Origin: a virus
Direction: 5' to 3' (one strand)
IMG/VR virus record: IMGVR_UViG_3300045391_001876
Span: 1 to 64,000 of that record
DNA length: 64,000 bases
Shown: one piece after another, positions 43,391 to 52,750 of the stretch
Layout: every line of letters begins with the position of its first letter
Position numbering within the stretch: position 1 is the stretch's first letter
Made by a program: the position numbers and the translations under genes
The notes under the pieces: model-generated
What the model was told of the DNA's origin: nothing
Databases searched by the model: none
What the model saw: the letters and a program-made list of their open reading frames with translations, nothing else

Positions 43391-43580
43391 CGAGCGGTAC
43401 TACATGCGCGTTGAGCCGGAAGGTCGACGCACCTTCTACGGACCGTATGCGGACGACGAGCTGTCCGCGCCGACCCGTCTTGCAGAGGAAGCACGGCAAC
43501 TCGGCGCGGAGCTGTACGTGACGCGGGCCAGCAACCTGTATGAGGCCATGAACGCTTTCCCCAGAGGTGCAAGGCGATGA
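43377..43580 (+). CDS. hypothetical protein (67 aa)
   Basis: Overlaps the integrase 3' end. ATGA overlap with the next gene. Confidence 0.5.
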   Translation: MPERSERYYMRVEPEGRRTFYGPYADDELSAPTRLAEEARQLGAELYVTRASNLYEAMNAFPRGARR

Positions 43581-44284
43581 CGCGTCCGGAGCTGTGCATC
43601 AACGGGGAAGCACACGATGACGTGCGTATCTGCCAGGTACAGCAGAAGGTGGACGCGGAACCGACGTGGCAACTGGTGGACTGCGGCGTGTGCAAGCGAC
43701 TGGACGTGATGGAGGACGGGCCGCTTTCCGCGCTGGTCCAGGAGCTTCTGGACCTGGTGGATATGACCGGTGACACCACGGACGAGCAGGTGGAGAACAG
43801 CCTGGAGCGGTTGAGCGAACGCATCGACGAGGAACCTCGTGTAGTGGGTGTTTACACGGGGAAGGACGCGCCTGACGAGGGCTTTCAACCGATTCGCTGT
43901 ACGCGCTGTGGGCATGTCGGCCGGGTGGCCAATGTCAGCGTGGACGAGCGAGTGTCCCGGGACGTGGACGGTATCCCGCTAGCGGTGTGCAGGGGCTGTG
44001 TGCACAAGGCCACCCCGGACATGGAGCAACCACCCCCGGTACGCCGCCTCTCCCGTCGAACGCGGTTGAGGCACCGCCGGCTTGCCGCCCTGGTCGCGTA
44101 CCTACGGGGCAACGGGGAGGTGTCCGCGCGACCGATGATGGATCACCTACGTACGGGTACCCATCTGCATGCCCTGCTGGTGGAGCTGGAGACCGCTGGC
44201 GTTGTGGTGTCGCGCCGAGTGCGTCCGGGAGAGCTGGCGCCAGCGTCGTTGCCGCGCACCGTGTACCGCCTGGTTCAGCGGTAG
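43577..44284 (+). CDS. double zinc-ribbon plus winged-helix protein (235 aa)
   Basis: Cys pairs C7/C19, C36/C39, C117/C120 and C147/C150. C-terminal LAALVAYLRGNGEVSARPMMDHL...LLVELETAGVV is wHTH-like. Confidence 0.55.
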   Translation: MTRPELCINGEAHDDVRICQVQQKVDAEPTWQLVDCGVCKRLDVMEDGPLSALVQELLDLVDMTGDTTDEQVENSLERLSERIDEEPRVVGVYTGKDAPDEGFQPIRCTRCGHVGRVANVSVDERVSRDVDGIPLAVCRGCVHKATPDMEQPPPVRRLSRRTRLRHRRLAALVAYLRGNGEVSARPMMDHLRTGTHLHALLVELETAGVVVSRRVRPGELAPASLPRTVYRLVQR

Positions 44285-44294
44285 GCGGCGCGTT

Positions 44295-44474
44295 GTGGTG
44301 CAGGTGACTATCTCCGTGTCCGGTAACACCACGCGGCGCACAACGCTGCCTGAGCTACCACGGCGCGGGGACCGCATGCTCATGCGTACCGGAAGCAAGG
44401 TGTACGAGGTCGTCAACGTGATGTGGTTCGAAGAGGCGGAGGATCAGTGGGAGATACGGGTGGTGCTTCGGTGA
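44295..44474 (+). CDS. possible small protein (59 aa)
   Basis: GTG 44295. Its stop overlaps the next start (GTGA). Confidence 0.35.
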   Translation: MVQVTISVSGNTTRRTTLPELPRRGDRMLMRTGSKVYEVVNVMWFEEAEDQWEIRVVLR

Positions 44475-44944
44475 CGCATCCCCTGGTCCGCGCATTCATG
44501 GTGGGCTCGATATTCGCAGCGGTTGTGGTGATCGTTGCGACTGCCACAGGAGTTGGCATGCCTGGACATATCGACGGTTACTTTCGGCACATACCGCTGG
44601 CCGAGCTACGCAAGCACATGGACTCGGCCCCTGTGCCAACCGGTGCTGTGTTGATAACCGAGGAGGCCGAGGAAGGATCAGCGGACCGGGCCACCACACT
44701 GACGCGAGAGTATCGCACGACACCAAAAAGTCCGGCCTGCGCGCAAGTTGTGTATGCGGCTCGCGCGGCCGGGTGGGAGTTTATATACGCAGGTAGGCCT
44801 ATCGACCCTAGAACCTGCGCGACAAACCACGATGTGGCGTTGGGCGATCTGATTCCACATGCGACACAGGCCGCCCCGATCACAGTTACCTGGGACGGCC
44901 CGCGACTGTTCTACTCGTTGACCGAGGGCGACATGCCCCTCTAG
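44471..44944 (+). CDS. membrane-anchored protein (157 aa)
   Basis: N-terminal transmembrane span FMVGSIFAAVVVIVATATGV. Last gene before the convergent repressor. Confidence 0.55.
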   Translation: MTHPLVRAFMVGSIFAAVVVIVATATGVGMPGHIDGYFRHIPLAELRKHMDSAPVPTGAVLITEEAEEGSADRATTLTREYRTTPKSPACAQVVYAARAAGWEFIYAGRPIDPRTCATNHDVALGDLIPHATQAAPITVTWDGPRLFYSLTEGDMPL

Positions 44945-45381
44945 TCCCCGTTAACCGAAAGGCCCTCGTCCGTCGCCGGCGAGGGCCTTTCGTGTTTCTG
45001 GAGCACGCGCTGTTGCTCCGCTAACTCCAACACTCTTACGCGGCCGGTGGTGTTCAGCTCCCGCCAAACTTCCAGTAAGCGGATCAGGGCCGCGTCGCCG
45101 TCCATCATGCCGCCGAGGGCCATCATCAGTGTGGTTACGGGTAGTTCCAAACCTGCGGCCAGCTTGTCCAATGTGGACTGTCTTACCGAGTAGTGCCTAC
45201 GGTGGCGGTCCAGGATGCTGTACAGCGTGGTGACCGGTAGCTCGCTGCGCTTGGCAAGCTGAGCCTTGGACCAACCACGCGCAGTCCGTGTGCCTTCGAT
45301 CAACTCGCGCAACTGGTCCGGCTTGTCGGTGCGAGGGTTCGAGTGCACAGGTGGGGTCCTCCCTGTCCGCTTAGGACACAT
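44941..45381 (-). CDS. XRE-family HTH repressor (candidate immunity repressor)
   Basis: GWSKAQLAKRSELPVTTLYSILD is an HTH. Divergent from a Cro-like operon. ATG 45381 (ORF opens at TTG 45390). Confidence 0.75.
   Translation of the reverse strand: MCPKRTGRTPPVHSNPRTDKPDQLRELIEGTRTARGWSKAQLAKRSELPVTTLYSILDRHRRHYSVRQSTLDKLAAGLELPVTTLMMALGGMMDGDAALIRLLEVWRELNTTGRVRVLELAEQQRVLQKHERPSPATDEGLSVNGD
44956..44992 (+). terminator. hairpin terminator lying inside the 3' end of the convergent repressor gene
   Basis: 13-bp perfect stem cgaaaggccctcg / cgagggcctttcg, an 11-nt loop, then tgtttct. Confidence 0.5.
45166..45178. repeat. 13-bp word GTCCAATGTGGAC (perfect copy 10)
   Basis: In the repressor gene, read as S-T-L-D. 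Confidence 0.9.
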
Positions 45382-45533
45382 GGCGGGCAAACCCTACACG
45401 TAGCACATCCCCGTCCCAGGGGTGGACGACATCGTTAATGACGGTGCTAACTAGGCACTCTCCCAATGGCCATAGGCCCTAGCCACGGGTGTACGCGGTC
45501 GCGTAGAACCGAAGGCACGCTTTTCCGTGCCTC

Positions 45534-45548
45534 GATCCCGCAAGGATC
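45534..45548. promoter_or_regulatory. operator-like palindrome GATCCCGCAAGGATC
   Basis: RATCC-N5-GGATC family, 18 nt upstream of TTG 45567. Preceded by a 7-bp hairpin (45513-45532). Confidence 0.5.
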
Positions 45549-45566
45549 TAAGGGGGGTGGTTCATC

Positions 45567-45848
45567 TTGACCGTCCTACCTGGCCAGATGGAACTACCGC
45601 TTGCCAACGTGGAACCCCTCCGGTATCGCCGCCCAGGGCCACGATCCCGTTATGCCGGTGTCGCCGCATACCTGCGTGAGCACCCTGGGGAGTGGCGGTG
45701 TATAGACCGCCGTCCTTCCCACCAATCGGCCGACATGCTCGCCCGCAACATCCGCCGTGGCCGACCGACTGTCCTGTGTGGAATGCAGGTGGTGGTTCGC
45801 CGTGGTACTGAGGTGTGGGCCTGCTTTCCGCAACCGGAACAGGACTGA
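45567..45848 (+). CDS. hypothetical early protein (93 aa)
   Basis: AAGGGGGG RBS, then TTG 45567 (ATG 45588 is an alternative). First gene of the rightward early operon. Confidence 0.5.
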   Translation: MTVLPGQMELPLANVEPLRYRRPGPRSRYAGVAAYLREHPGEWRCIDRRPSHQSADMLARNIRRGRPTVLCGMQVVVRRGTEVWACFPQPEQD

Positions 45849-45854
45849 GACACA

Positions 45855-46061
45855 GTGGAGCTGCTTAACCCGGCGTGGTTTCGAACGCTGCTGATGGAAC
45901 GCGGCTATACGCCAGCAGCCTTCGCGCTGGCCATCGGAGTTACGCCGGCCACGATTCACCGGTTGATGGCGGGTACGCGTCGCGCATCACCCGCACTGGC
46001 CTCCCGTATCGCGCTCACCCTGGACTACAGCATGAGCGCACTGTTCAAAGTCGCGGCGTGA
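45855..46061 (+). CDS. Cro-like HTH protein (68 aa)
   Basis: GYTPAAFALAIGVTPATIHRLMAG is an HTH. Confidence 0.65.
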   Translation: MELLNPAWFRTLLMERGYTPAAFALAIGVTPATIHRLMAGTRRASPALASRIALTLDYSMSALFKVAA

Positions 46062-46201
46062 CTTGGGTTCTTACCGACCAGGACAGGAAAGCAATCGCCG
46101 TTCTGGTCGCGGTCCAGCTCGCCCGTAATCCCGGTCCACTTCCTCCACGGTCAGTGCTTCTGATCGTGGAGGCGATGCGCTCCAGGAAAGGTCAGACATG
46201 A
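46058..46201 (+). CDS. possible small protein (47 aa)
   Basis: GTGA and ATGA overlaps at both ends. Confidence 0.3.
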   Translation: MTWVLTDQDRKAIAVLVAVQLARNPGPLPPRSVLLIVEAMRSRKGQT

Positions 46202-46575
46202 CGGATGAGGAACTGGACCCGTACTTCGTGGTCCTGGACGACTATGCGTCGCTGATCGAAGAGTACGAGGCGGCCAAGGTCGTCGCGTCCAACGCGGACG
46301 AGGAAGTCCGGCGGCTTAGGGACATGCTGGTAAAACTCCTACCTGCCAAGGAGGAGGCACCGGACGGCTGCATCGGTACCCACACCGGTAAGGCGCGACT
46401 CAGCTACCGCCCCCAGGCCCGCCGCCAGCTCGACCACTACAAGCTCCGCACGGTGTACCCATCGGTGTACGAGTCGTGTTCGGCCTACGCGGTCAGTTGG
46501 ATACTGCGCACGCTACCGGTGGCACAGGACAACACCGGTACACCGGAAGCCGCGTCCACTGTGGACACACCGTGA
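46198..46575 (+). CDS. hypothetical protein (125 aa)
   Basis: Packed operon with an acidic N-terminus. Confidence 0.5.
   Translation: MTDEELDPYFVVLDDYASLIEEYEAAKVVASNADEEVRRLRDMLVKLLPAKEEAPDGCIGTHTGKARLSYRPQARRQLDHYKLRTVYPSVYESCSAYAVSWILRTLPVAQDNTGTPEAASTVDTP
46554..46566. repeat. 13-bp word GTCCACTGTGGAC (perfect copy 11)
   Basis: Read as S-T-V-D. Confidence 0.9.
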
Positions 46576-46883
46576 CGCCATCGGCTATCCGTAAGGCGTT
46601 GGCCGAGCTTGGCGATACCAAGGACGCCATCGTGGACTCACTGCTGCTCCTGGGTTTCTCCGGTACGCCAGGCAACTCCACGGACTGTCCGCTGGCCCGG
46701 TACCTCAACCACGCGTTTCCCGGCGCGGAGTTCGACGTGTCAGGGTTGACCATCTTCGATCGACAGACACTTGATGGTCCTTTCGGCGATGCGGTCGAGC
46801 TGACACCGCCACCCCCGATCGAAGCGTTCATCGAGGTCTTCGACAGCGGGGACGTGCCGGAGCTGGTCCGCTCGTATGCCTAA
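46572..46883 (+). CDS. hypothetical protein (103 aa)
   Basis: GTG 46572 overlaps the upstream stop. Confidence 0.5.
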   Translation: MTPSAIRKALAELGDTKDAIVDSLLLLGFSGTPGNSTDCPLARYLNHAFPGAEFDVSGLTIFDRQTLDGPFGDAVELTPPPPIEAFIEVFDSGDVPELVRSYA

Positions 46884-47298
46884 CCTCGTACCCGGTGCGG
46901 GTGGCGTGAACCGACCGCCACCCGCACCGACCACCAGAAAGCGCAGCCACACCACGGCACGCGCGGCCGGAAAACTTGCTGAGCGGGTGCTCGTCGCGTG
47001 GGCCAGGTCCAACGGAGCCCCGCATGCGGAACGACGCATCGCGGGGGCCAGGCTGGACCGAGGGGACGTGGCGGGTACCCCAGGACTTGTCATCGAGTGC
47101 AAGGCTCCCGGTCCCGGGTCTCCCGTCCAGCTTGGTCCGTGGTTGGACGAGACCATGACCGAGCGCGACAACGACTCGGCCACCATCGGCCTGCTGGTGG
47201 TCAAGCGTCGCAATCGAGGCTCCCCGGGCCAGTGGTATTGGGTCACTGACGGGGACACGATGGCCCGCCTGTTGCGTGAGGCCGGGTGGTGGAAGTGA
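46876..47298 (+). CDS. PD-(D/E)XK-fold nuclease (Holliday-junction-resolvase-like)
   Basis: DRGDVAG...LVIECK matches a D...ExK catalytic pattern. Confidence 0.45.
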   Translation: MPNLVPGAGGVNRPPPAPTTRKRSHTTARAAGKLAERVLVAWARSNGAPHAERRIAGARLDRGDVAGTPGLVIECKAPGPGSPVQLGPWLDETMTERDNDSATIGLLVVKRRNRGSPGQWYWVTDGDTMARLLREAGWWK

Positions 47299-48068
47299 CC
47301 ACCGACATGTTCGTGGCACCGCAACCTCCAGGGGCCGAGCCGATCCCTGCCAACCCGTCCCTACTGGAGGGAACACCGTTTGCCGGCTGGGTCCGGGAGA
47401 CGCTGTGGACGGCCACACACGACCTGCCGCGGAGTCGTCAAACCACCATCGGCCCCAGCCAGCTCGGGTTGTCGTGCTCCCGGCAGATCGCGTTCCAAGT
47501 AGCCGGCGTGACACCGGTCAACTTCAGCATCGACCCGCTACCCAGCATGGTGGGCACCGCGATGCACGCGTTCGTCGCGTCCGTGTTCGCCGGCCTGCGC
47601 CCACCCGGCCGCTACCTGGTGGAGCAGCGCGTTACGTACCAGGGCGTCAGCGGAACGCTGGACCTGTATGACCGCCGTACAGGCACGGTGTTCGACTGGA
47701 AGTTCCCCAAGCTGGCCAAGCTGCGCCGCGTGCTATCGGAGGGACCACCACGCCACTATCAGTGGCAGCTTCAGACGTACGCGGCCGGGCTTGCTGCACA
47801 AGGGGAAAAGCCGACCCGTCTGGCCGTGGTGTACATCCCGGTGGACGGAGCCCTGACCGACATCACGGCGTGGGTGTACCCCGTGGTGACGGCCGAAGCC
47901 GACCAGGCCGTGGACCGCCTGGCCACTGTCCGAACGCAACTCGGTAACACAGCACACCCCGGAGCCGTACCCGCACAGCCGTCGCGCCTGTGCCCGTGGT
48001 GCCCCTACCACCGTCCACAGTGGACAGGTGACCTGGACGTTGCCTGCCCCGGAGAGGAAACCAAGTGA
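47286..48068 (+). CDS. Cas4/RecB-family exonuclease
   Basis: GTLDLYD...FDWKF nuclease motifs. Cys cluster: one N-terminal Cys plus C-terminal CPWCPY...C. Confidence 0.65.
   Translation: MVEVTTDMFVAPQPPGAEPIPANPSLLEGTPFAGWVRETLWTATHDLPRSRQTTIGPSQLGLSCSRQIAFQVAGVTPVNFSIDPLPSMVGTAMHAFVASVFAGLRPPGRYLVEQRVTYQGVSGTLDLYDRRTGTVFDWKFPKLAKLRRVLSEGPPRHYQWQLQTYAAGLAAQGEKPTRLAVVYIPVDGALTDITAWVYPVVTAEADQAVDRLATVRTQLGNTAHPGAVPAQPSRLCPWCPYHRPQWTGDLDVACPGEETK
48013..48025. repeat. 13-bp word GTCCACAGTGGAC (perfect copy 12)
   Basis: Read in the unusual phase P-Q-W-T. Confidence 0.9.
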
Positions 48069-48637
48069 GCGAGTTCAGCGGTCCGTCCAATGTGGACGCC
48101 ATCGAGTGGAAGTCCCTCTATGGCAAACTCCTGGCCATCTGGCCGTACGGCCGCGAGGTAACCGGTACCAAGTTCGGGGAGAAGGCCTGCATCCGGGCCG
48201 ACGTGTACGACCTGGACGCCGGTATGCCGGTCAGCATGGACGCGCTGATTTTCCCGCGCGCACTGGTGATGCAGTGTGGGGGCATTCCACGCGGTAAGGC
48301 TGTGATCGGTCGGTTGGGTCAGGGCGAGTCGCGCGGTGGTCAAACCCCACCGTGGAAGTTGAGTGACCCGACACCGGAAGACCTTGCGCGGGCACAGGCC
48401 TACTTTGCGGCCAAGCCTCCGCGTATCCACAGCATGCTTGGTCGCTCCCCATCACCCACACCGAGCTACCAACCAACCCAACAGGTCCAGCAGCCGCCGG
48501 CACAGCCCGCTTACCAGTACCCCCCACAGCAACCCCAGCCCCCACAGCAACCGGTGTATCCACCGCCACAGCAACCCCAGCCCCCACAGCAACCCACTTA
48601 CCAACCCCCGCCGAACACAGGTCAGCCGCCCTACTGA
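48065..48637 (+). CDS. hypothetical protein with Pro/Gln-repeat C-terminus (190 aa)
   Basis: Globular N-terminal part, then a QPPAQPAYQYPPQQPQPPQQPVYPPPQQPQPPQQPTYQPPP tail. Confidence 0.55.
   Translation: MSEFSGPSNVDAIEWKSLYGKLLAIWPYGREVTGTKFGEKACIRADVYDLDAGMPVSMDALIFPRALVMQCGGIPRGKAVIGRLGQGESRGGQTPPWKLSDPTPEDLARAQAYFAAKPPRIHSMLGRSPSPTPSYQPTQQVQQPPAQPAYQYPPQQPQPPQQPVYPPPQQPQPPQQPTYQPPPNTGQPPY
48085..48097. repeat. 13-bp word GTCCAATGTGGAC (perfect copy 13)
   Basis: Read as S-N-V-D. Confidence 0.9.
48524..48594 (+). repeat. direct repeat, 29-bp ccacagcaaccccagcccccacagcaacc twice with 42-bp period
   Basis: Copies at 48524-48552 and 48566-48594. Confidence 0.9.
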
Positions 48638-48678
48638 CAGACAGCGCTCACTGTCCGCCAGGTTGAGGGGAGTCCACT

Positions 48679-50670
48679 GTGGAAGGTGAGGCGATTCAGC
48701 GTGTGCTGGATCGGTTGGAATCGGTCAACCGATCCGGCACCGGCTGGTCGGCACGCTGTCCGGCACACGACGACGGGGTCAACTCCCTGTCTGTGTCCAC
48801 AGGCGACAGTGCTGGTGTACTTCTCCACTGCCACGCGGGATGCACCGTCCAGGACGTAGTGGTCGCGCTCGGCTTGTCAATGACGGACCTACAAGGCCAA
48901 CCGGTCCGGGTGGCGGAGTACCCGTACCACGACGTGGACGGCAACGTGCTCTACACCGTGGAGCGGTGGGCCAACCCCAAGAAGTTCCGGTGTGTGCCGT
49001 CCCTACCCGAGCCGGCTCGTCGCGTGCTGTTCGCGCAGCAGTGGATCACCTATGCCCGCGACAGCGGTCGAACCATATACGTGGTGGAAGGGGAGAAGGA
49101 TGCGTGCTCCTTGCAGGCACTGGGAATCCCGGCCACCTGCAACGTACTGGGGGCTGGTCCCGGCAAGTGGTACCCGCATTACTCGGACCAACTGGCCGGC
49201 TGCTCCGTGGTCGTGGTGGCCGACAACGATGAACCCGGCAAAGCTCACGCGCGAGCTGTCGCGGCTGCGCTCCGCGACACGGCAAAGTCCGTGGCACTCG
49301 CGGTTCCACACGACGGCCACGGCAAGGACATCACGGAGTTCCTTGAGGCCGGGTACACAGTGGACAGACTGGCCACGCTACCGGAGCGGGAATCCCTACC
49401 AGCACTCAACTCGGCACATGTGATGCCGGGCCGAGTGGAATGGGTGTGGCCCGGCTACATCCCACGCGGGAAACTGACCACAGTGGAGGGTGACCCGGGG
49501 GACGGGAAATCCACGCTGACCATCGACCTAGTAGCCCGGTGGTCCACCGGTATGCAGATGCCTGACGGCGCGGCCAGCGGCGGCCCGTACACCGCGATGA
49601 TGATCAGCGCGGAGGACGACCCAGAAGACACGGTTGTGCCGCGACTGATCGCGGCCGGTGCGGACAGGCACCGCGTCTATCTGTTGTCCAGCGGCGCGGA
49701 CCCGGACCGCCCGTTCAATCTCGGGGTGGACCTGACCGAGCTGGAACGCACCATTACCAGTCTCGGTGTGCAGATTCTGGTACTGGACCCGTTGTCGTCC
49801 TTCCTCCCGGACGACACGGACTCCCACAGCGACCACAAAATCCGCCGCGCGCTGTACCCGCTGCATCTCCTGGCACGTCGGGCCAACGTTGCTGTGATCG
49901 CGGTACGCCACCTGTCCAAATCGGCCACCAAGGCGATCTATGCCGGCAACGGTTCCATCGGCATCATCGCGGCGGCCCGTGCCGCCTTCATGGTCGGTCC
50001 CGTACCGGGCGGAGATCCGCTGGACCGCGCGCTTGTGCCTATCAAGTGCAACCTGGCCGCCAAACCACCAGCGTTGGGCTACCGGGTCCAGGTCCACCCA
50101 CACCACGGCACGGGCTACATCCTGTGGGCCGGCCCCATCGACATGGTGGCCCAGGAGCTGTTGGACGGAGAGAAGGCCCAGGTACAACGGCTCACCAGAG
50201 ACCTGGCCCGGGAGTACCTATCTGAGCTAACCGACCACGCACCTATGACGTGGCGGGAGATCAGCACGCGTGCCAAGGCCGATGGCTACAGCGAGCACAC
50301 GCTGCGCGATGTACGAGCACACGTACTGGCCAAGTTCATCAACCCGATCATGCCCGGGGGTGAGCGCATGGAGGGCACCTACTGGGTTCGTCTCGACCAG
50401 GTCGACACGTTCAGTGACGTCGTTGCCGGCCTTGCCGTTGATAACCGTACGGAAATCCACGGCAAGGCGGCAGCGACGGAACAGATCGTAACCACAGACG
50501 TGGAGTCCACACAGGACAGTGAGGAAGCACTAGACCGCGCCGAGGACGCGCTGTTGTGTGCACCGAGCGTGTGTGACGTCTGCGGAAGCCTGGATGGCAC
50601 GGTGTTCCCGCGTCCGTATCTGGTGATCCGTTGTCCAACCCACGACCCTCGCAAGTGGACAGACCAGTGA
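48679..50670 (+). CDS. DNA primase/helicase (zinc finger + Toprim + RepA/AAA_25-like NTPase)
   Basis: CPAHDD...CHAGC, Toprim VVEGEKDA...VADNDEPG, and Walker A GDPGDGKST. Confidence 0.85.
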   Translation: MEGEAIQRVLDRLESVNRSGTGWSARCPAHDDGVNSLSVSTGDSAGVLLHCHAGCTVQDVVVALGLSMTDLQGQPVRVAEYPYHDVDGNVLYTVERWANPKKFRCVPSLPEPARRVLFAQQWITYARDSGRTIYVVEGEKDACSLQALGIPATCNVLGAGPGKWYPHYSDQLAGCSVVVVADNDEPGKAHARAVAAALRDTAKSVALAVPHDGHGKDITEFLEAGYTVDRLATLPERESLPALNSAHVMPGRVEWVWPGYIPRGKLTTVEGDPGDGKSTLTIDLVARWSTGMQMPDGAASGGPYTAMMISAEDDPEDTVVPRLIAAGADRHRVYLLSSGADPDRPFNLGVDLTELERTITSLGVQILVLDPLSSFLPDDTDSHSDHKIRRALYPLHLLARRANVAVIAVRHLSKSATKAIYAGNGSIGIIAAARAAFMVGPVPGGDPLDRALVPIKCNLAAKPPALGYRVQVHPHHGTGYILWAGPIDMVAQELLDGEKAQVQRLTRDLAREYLSELTDHAPMTWREISTRAKADGYSEHTLRDVRAHVLAKFINPIMPGGERMEGTYWVRLDQVDTFSDVVAGLAVDNRTEIHGKAAATEQIVTTDVESTQDSEEALDRAEDALLCAPSVCDVCGSLDGTVFPRPYLVIRCPTHDPRKWTDQ

Positions 50671-52622
50671 CCAACTACGCGCAAGGCCTACCGGGTGTGC
50701 TGGCCAGCGGGGCACCAGCGGACGGCGTACCGCGATACCGGGAAACCACACCAGCCCATGTGCCCAGCAACTGGGAGCGGCCCCGGGGCATCTACCGCAA
50801 GCTCCAGGCGGCCAAGCCTTTCGCGCTGGACTGGCAACCGACCACCACGCTACGCATCGACGGCCAACCCGATACTCCGGTCTGGGTAGCTGACACACCG
50901 GACCAGCTCCGGGCCGTGGTCCACCATGTCTGGCGTCAACCAGCCCTATCGCTGGACACTGAATCCAGCGACAAGCGCGGCATCTACACCGAACAGTTCC
51001 GGTTGCGGACCATCCAACTGGCCACGCCCACCAGCGTGGTTTACATACCGGTGGACCGGCACGAACCTGCCAAGCTGCGCGCGCTGTTCATCCACGGCAC
51101 CTCGTGGTTGGTCCATAACGCGGCCTTCGACCTAGCTGTTCTGGACGCGCAACTGGCCGTATCGCTCGACGATATGTGGCCGTCCACTGTGGACAGCATG
51201 CTGTACGCGCAACTGGTACAGCATCCGACCACCCGTGCAGGTGACGGTGCATTCCCGGCCGCGCTTAAGGAGCTAACACGCAAGCTTGTTGACCCCGAGT
51301 ATGGGGAGGACAAAGAGCTGCGCTCCGTGATGCGCCGCAACAAGTGGACATGGGCCACCGTCCCCACCGATTGCCCGGAGTACATCCGGTACGCGGCCCT
51401 GGACCCCGTGATCACCATTCACGTGTTCATACACCTCCTACGTGCCAGTCGTTTGGCCGACGAACCGCTGTATGAGTACGAGGCGCGCGTCGCATGGCTG
51501 ATGTGTCGGCTGGCCCGTCGCGGTCTCAGCGTGGACAGCGACCGTGCCACCGCGCTTGTCGACCAGTTCACCACGCGCCATGCCGAGGTGGTTTCGCTGT
51601 TCGACACGTACGGCCTGGACCCGGAATCACCGGATACGCACGACAACAAACGCGCGTTCGTGGCCGCGATGAGCACGCGTGGTGTCGCGCTGACAAAGAC
51701 CACACCTAAGAACGGCCTTCCCGCTCTGGACGCGATAACACTGGTGGACGCGTGCCTGGCAGCAGACAAGCCGGACGACGCGCTGTATCTGGCCTGGACC
51801 GATCTGCACCAGGCCGGGAAGTACCGGACCGCCTACGTGGAGCCGTTCCAAAACGCTGCCGCGTCCGGTGGCCGCGTACATCCGGTGATCCGCACCCTGG
51901 GAGCACGCACAGGTCGGATGTCCATCTCCGACCCGCCCCTCCAGCAGCTCCCGCGTATCGGATCGGTACGGGCCTGTCTGTGTGCCGACCCTGGGCACGT
52001 ACTGGTGGGCGCGGACTATGCGGCCATCGAGATGCGGGTCGCCGCCGCGTTGAGCGCAGACCCGACCATGCGCCGGCTGATCGCGGAAGGCGTAGACATC
52101 CATGACACCGTGGCCCGATCCCTGTTTGGCCCGGCATTTACCGACGAGCAACGCAACGTGGCCAAGCGGGCCGGGTTCGGTCGGTTGTTCGGTGCTGGCG
52201 CAGCCACGGTCGCTCGACAGTGCCGCGTACCGGAACATGTGGCAGCCAGTGCGCTGGAGGCCTTCGACGCGCTGTTCCCCGGTGTTCAGCGGTACGCGCA
52301 TCGTGTAGCCCGGGAACAGGAGTTGGTTACCTTCTCCGGGCGGCGTATCCGCGCGGACGAGGCGCGGCCCTACGCCAACATCAATTACTACGTCCAGTCC
52401 ACGGCACGGGACGTGTTCGTGCTCGGTGGGATGCGCGCGGCCGGGTCCGGGCTGGAGCCGTACCTGTGGCTGCCGGTCCATGACGAGTGGATCGTGCAAG
52501 CACCGGAGCCGGACGCCGTGGAGGTGGCACACGTACTGGAGGACGCGCAGGCAAGCGCACTGGGGGGTGTGTCGTTCGTGGCTTCGGCCAAGGTGATCGG
52601 TCGCAACTGGGTCAAGTCATGA
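50667..52622 (+). CDS. DNA polymerase I (family A) with 3'-5' exonuclease domain
   Basis: LDTES (Exo I), DYAAIEMRVAA (motif A), RNVAKRAGFGRLFG (motif B), VHDEWIV (motif C). GTG 50667 overlaps the primase stop. Confidence 0.9.
   Translation: MTNYAQGLPGVLASGAPADGVPRYRETTPAHVPSNWERPRGIYRKLQAAKPFALDWQPTTTLRIDGQPDTPVWVADTPDQLRAVVHHVWRQPALSLDTESSDKRGIYTEQFRLRTIQLATPTSVVYIPVDRHEPAKLRALFIHGTSWLVHNAAFDLAVLDAQLAVSLDDMWPSTVDSMLYAQLVQHPTTRAGDGAFPAALKELTRKLVDPEYGEDKELRSVMRRNKWTWATVPTDCPEYIRYAALDPVITIHVFIHLLRASRLADEPLYEYEARVAWLMCRLARRGLSVDSDRATALVDQFTTRHAEVVSLFDTYGLDPESPDTHDNKRAFVAAMSTRGVALTKTTPKNGLPALDAITLVDACLAADKPDDALYLAWTDLHQAGKYRTAYVEPFQNAAASGGRVHPVIRTLGARTGRMSISDPPLQQLPRIGSVRACLCADPGHVLVGADYAAIEMRVAAALSADPTMRRLIAEGVDIHDTVARSLFGPAFTDEQRNVAKRAGFGRLFGAGAATVARQCRVPEHVAASALEAFDALFPGVQRYAHRVAREQELVTFSGRRIRADEARPYANINYYVQSTARDVFVLGGMRAAGSGLEPYLWLPVHDEWIVQAPEPDAVEVAHVLEDAQASALGGVSFVASAKVIGRNWVKS
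51182..51194. repeat. 13-bp word GTCCACTGTGGAC (perfect copy 14)
   Basis: Read as S-T-V-D in Pol I. Confidence 0.9.
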
Positions 52623-52750
52623 TCACCGGCAGCTCCGCGCTGAGAGCGCCGCGGCCGTTGTCCACCCAACCACCCGCGCTCAGCGCGCTGGACCGGCAGC
52701 GTCCAGCACAGCTCCACCGCGCTGTCCCTGAGCCCCGGGGGACCGTGTGA
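52619..52750 (+). CDS. possible small protein (43 aa)
   Basis: ATGA overlap with the Pol I stop and GTGA overlap with the next start. Confidence 0.3.
   Translation: MITGSSALRAPRPLSTQPPALSALDRQRPAQLHRAVPEPRGTV

Noticed and set aside
48065-48637. Single-stranded DNA-binding protein call
   Set aside because: The position in the replication module is suggestive. However, the C-terminus lacks the acidic SSB tip, and I cannot recognise OB-fold motifs by eye.
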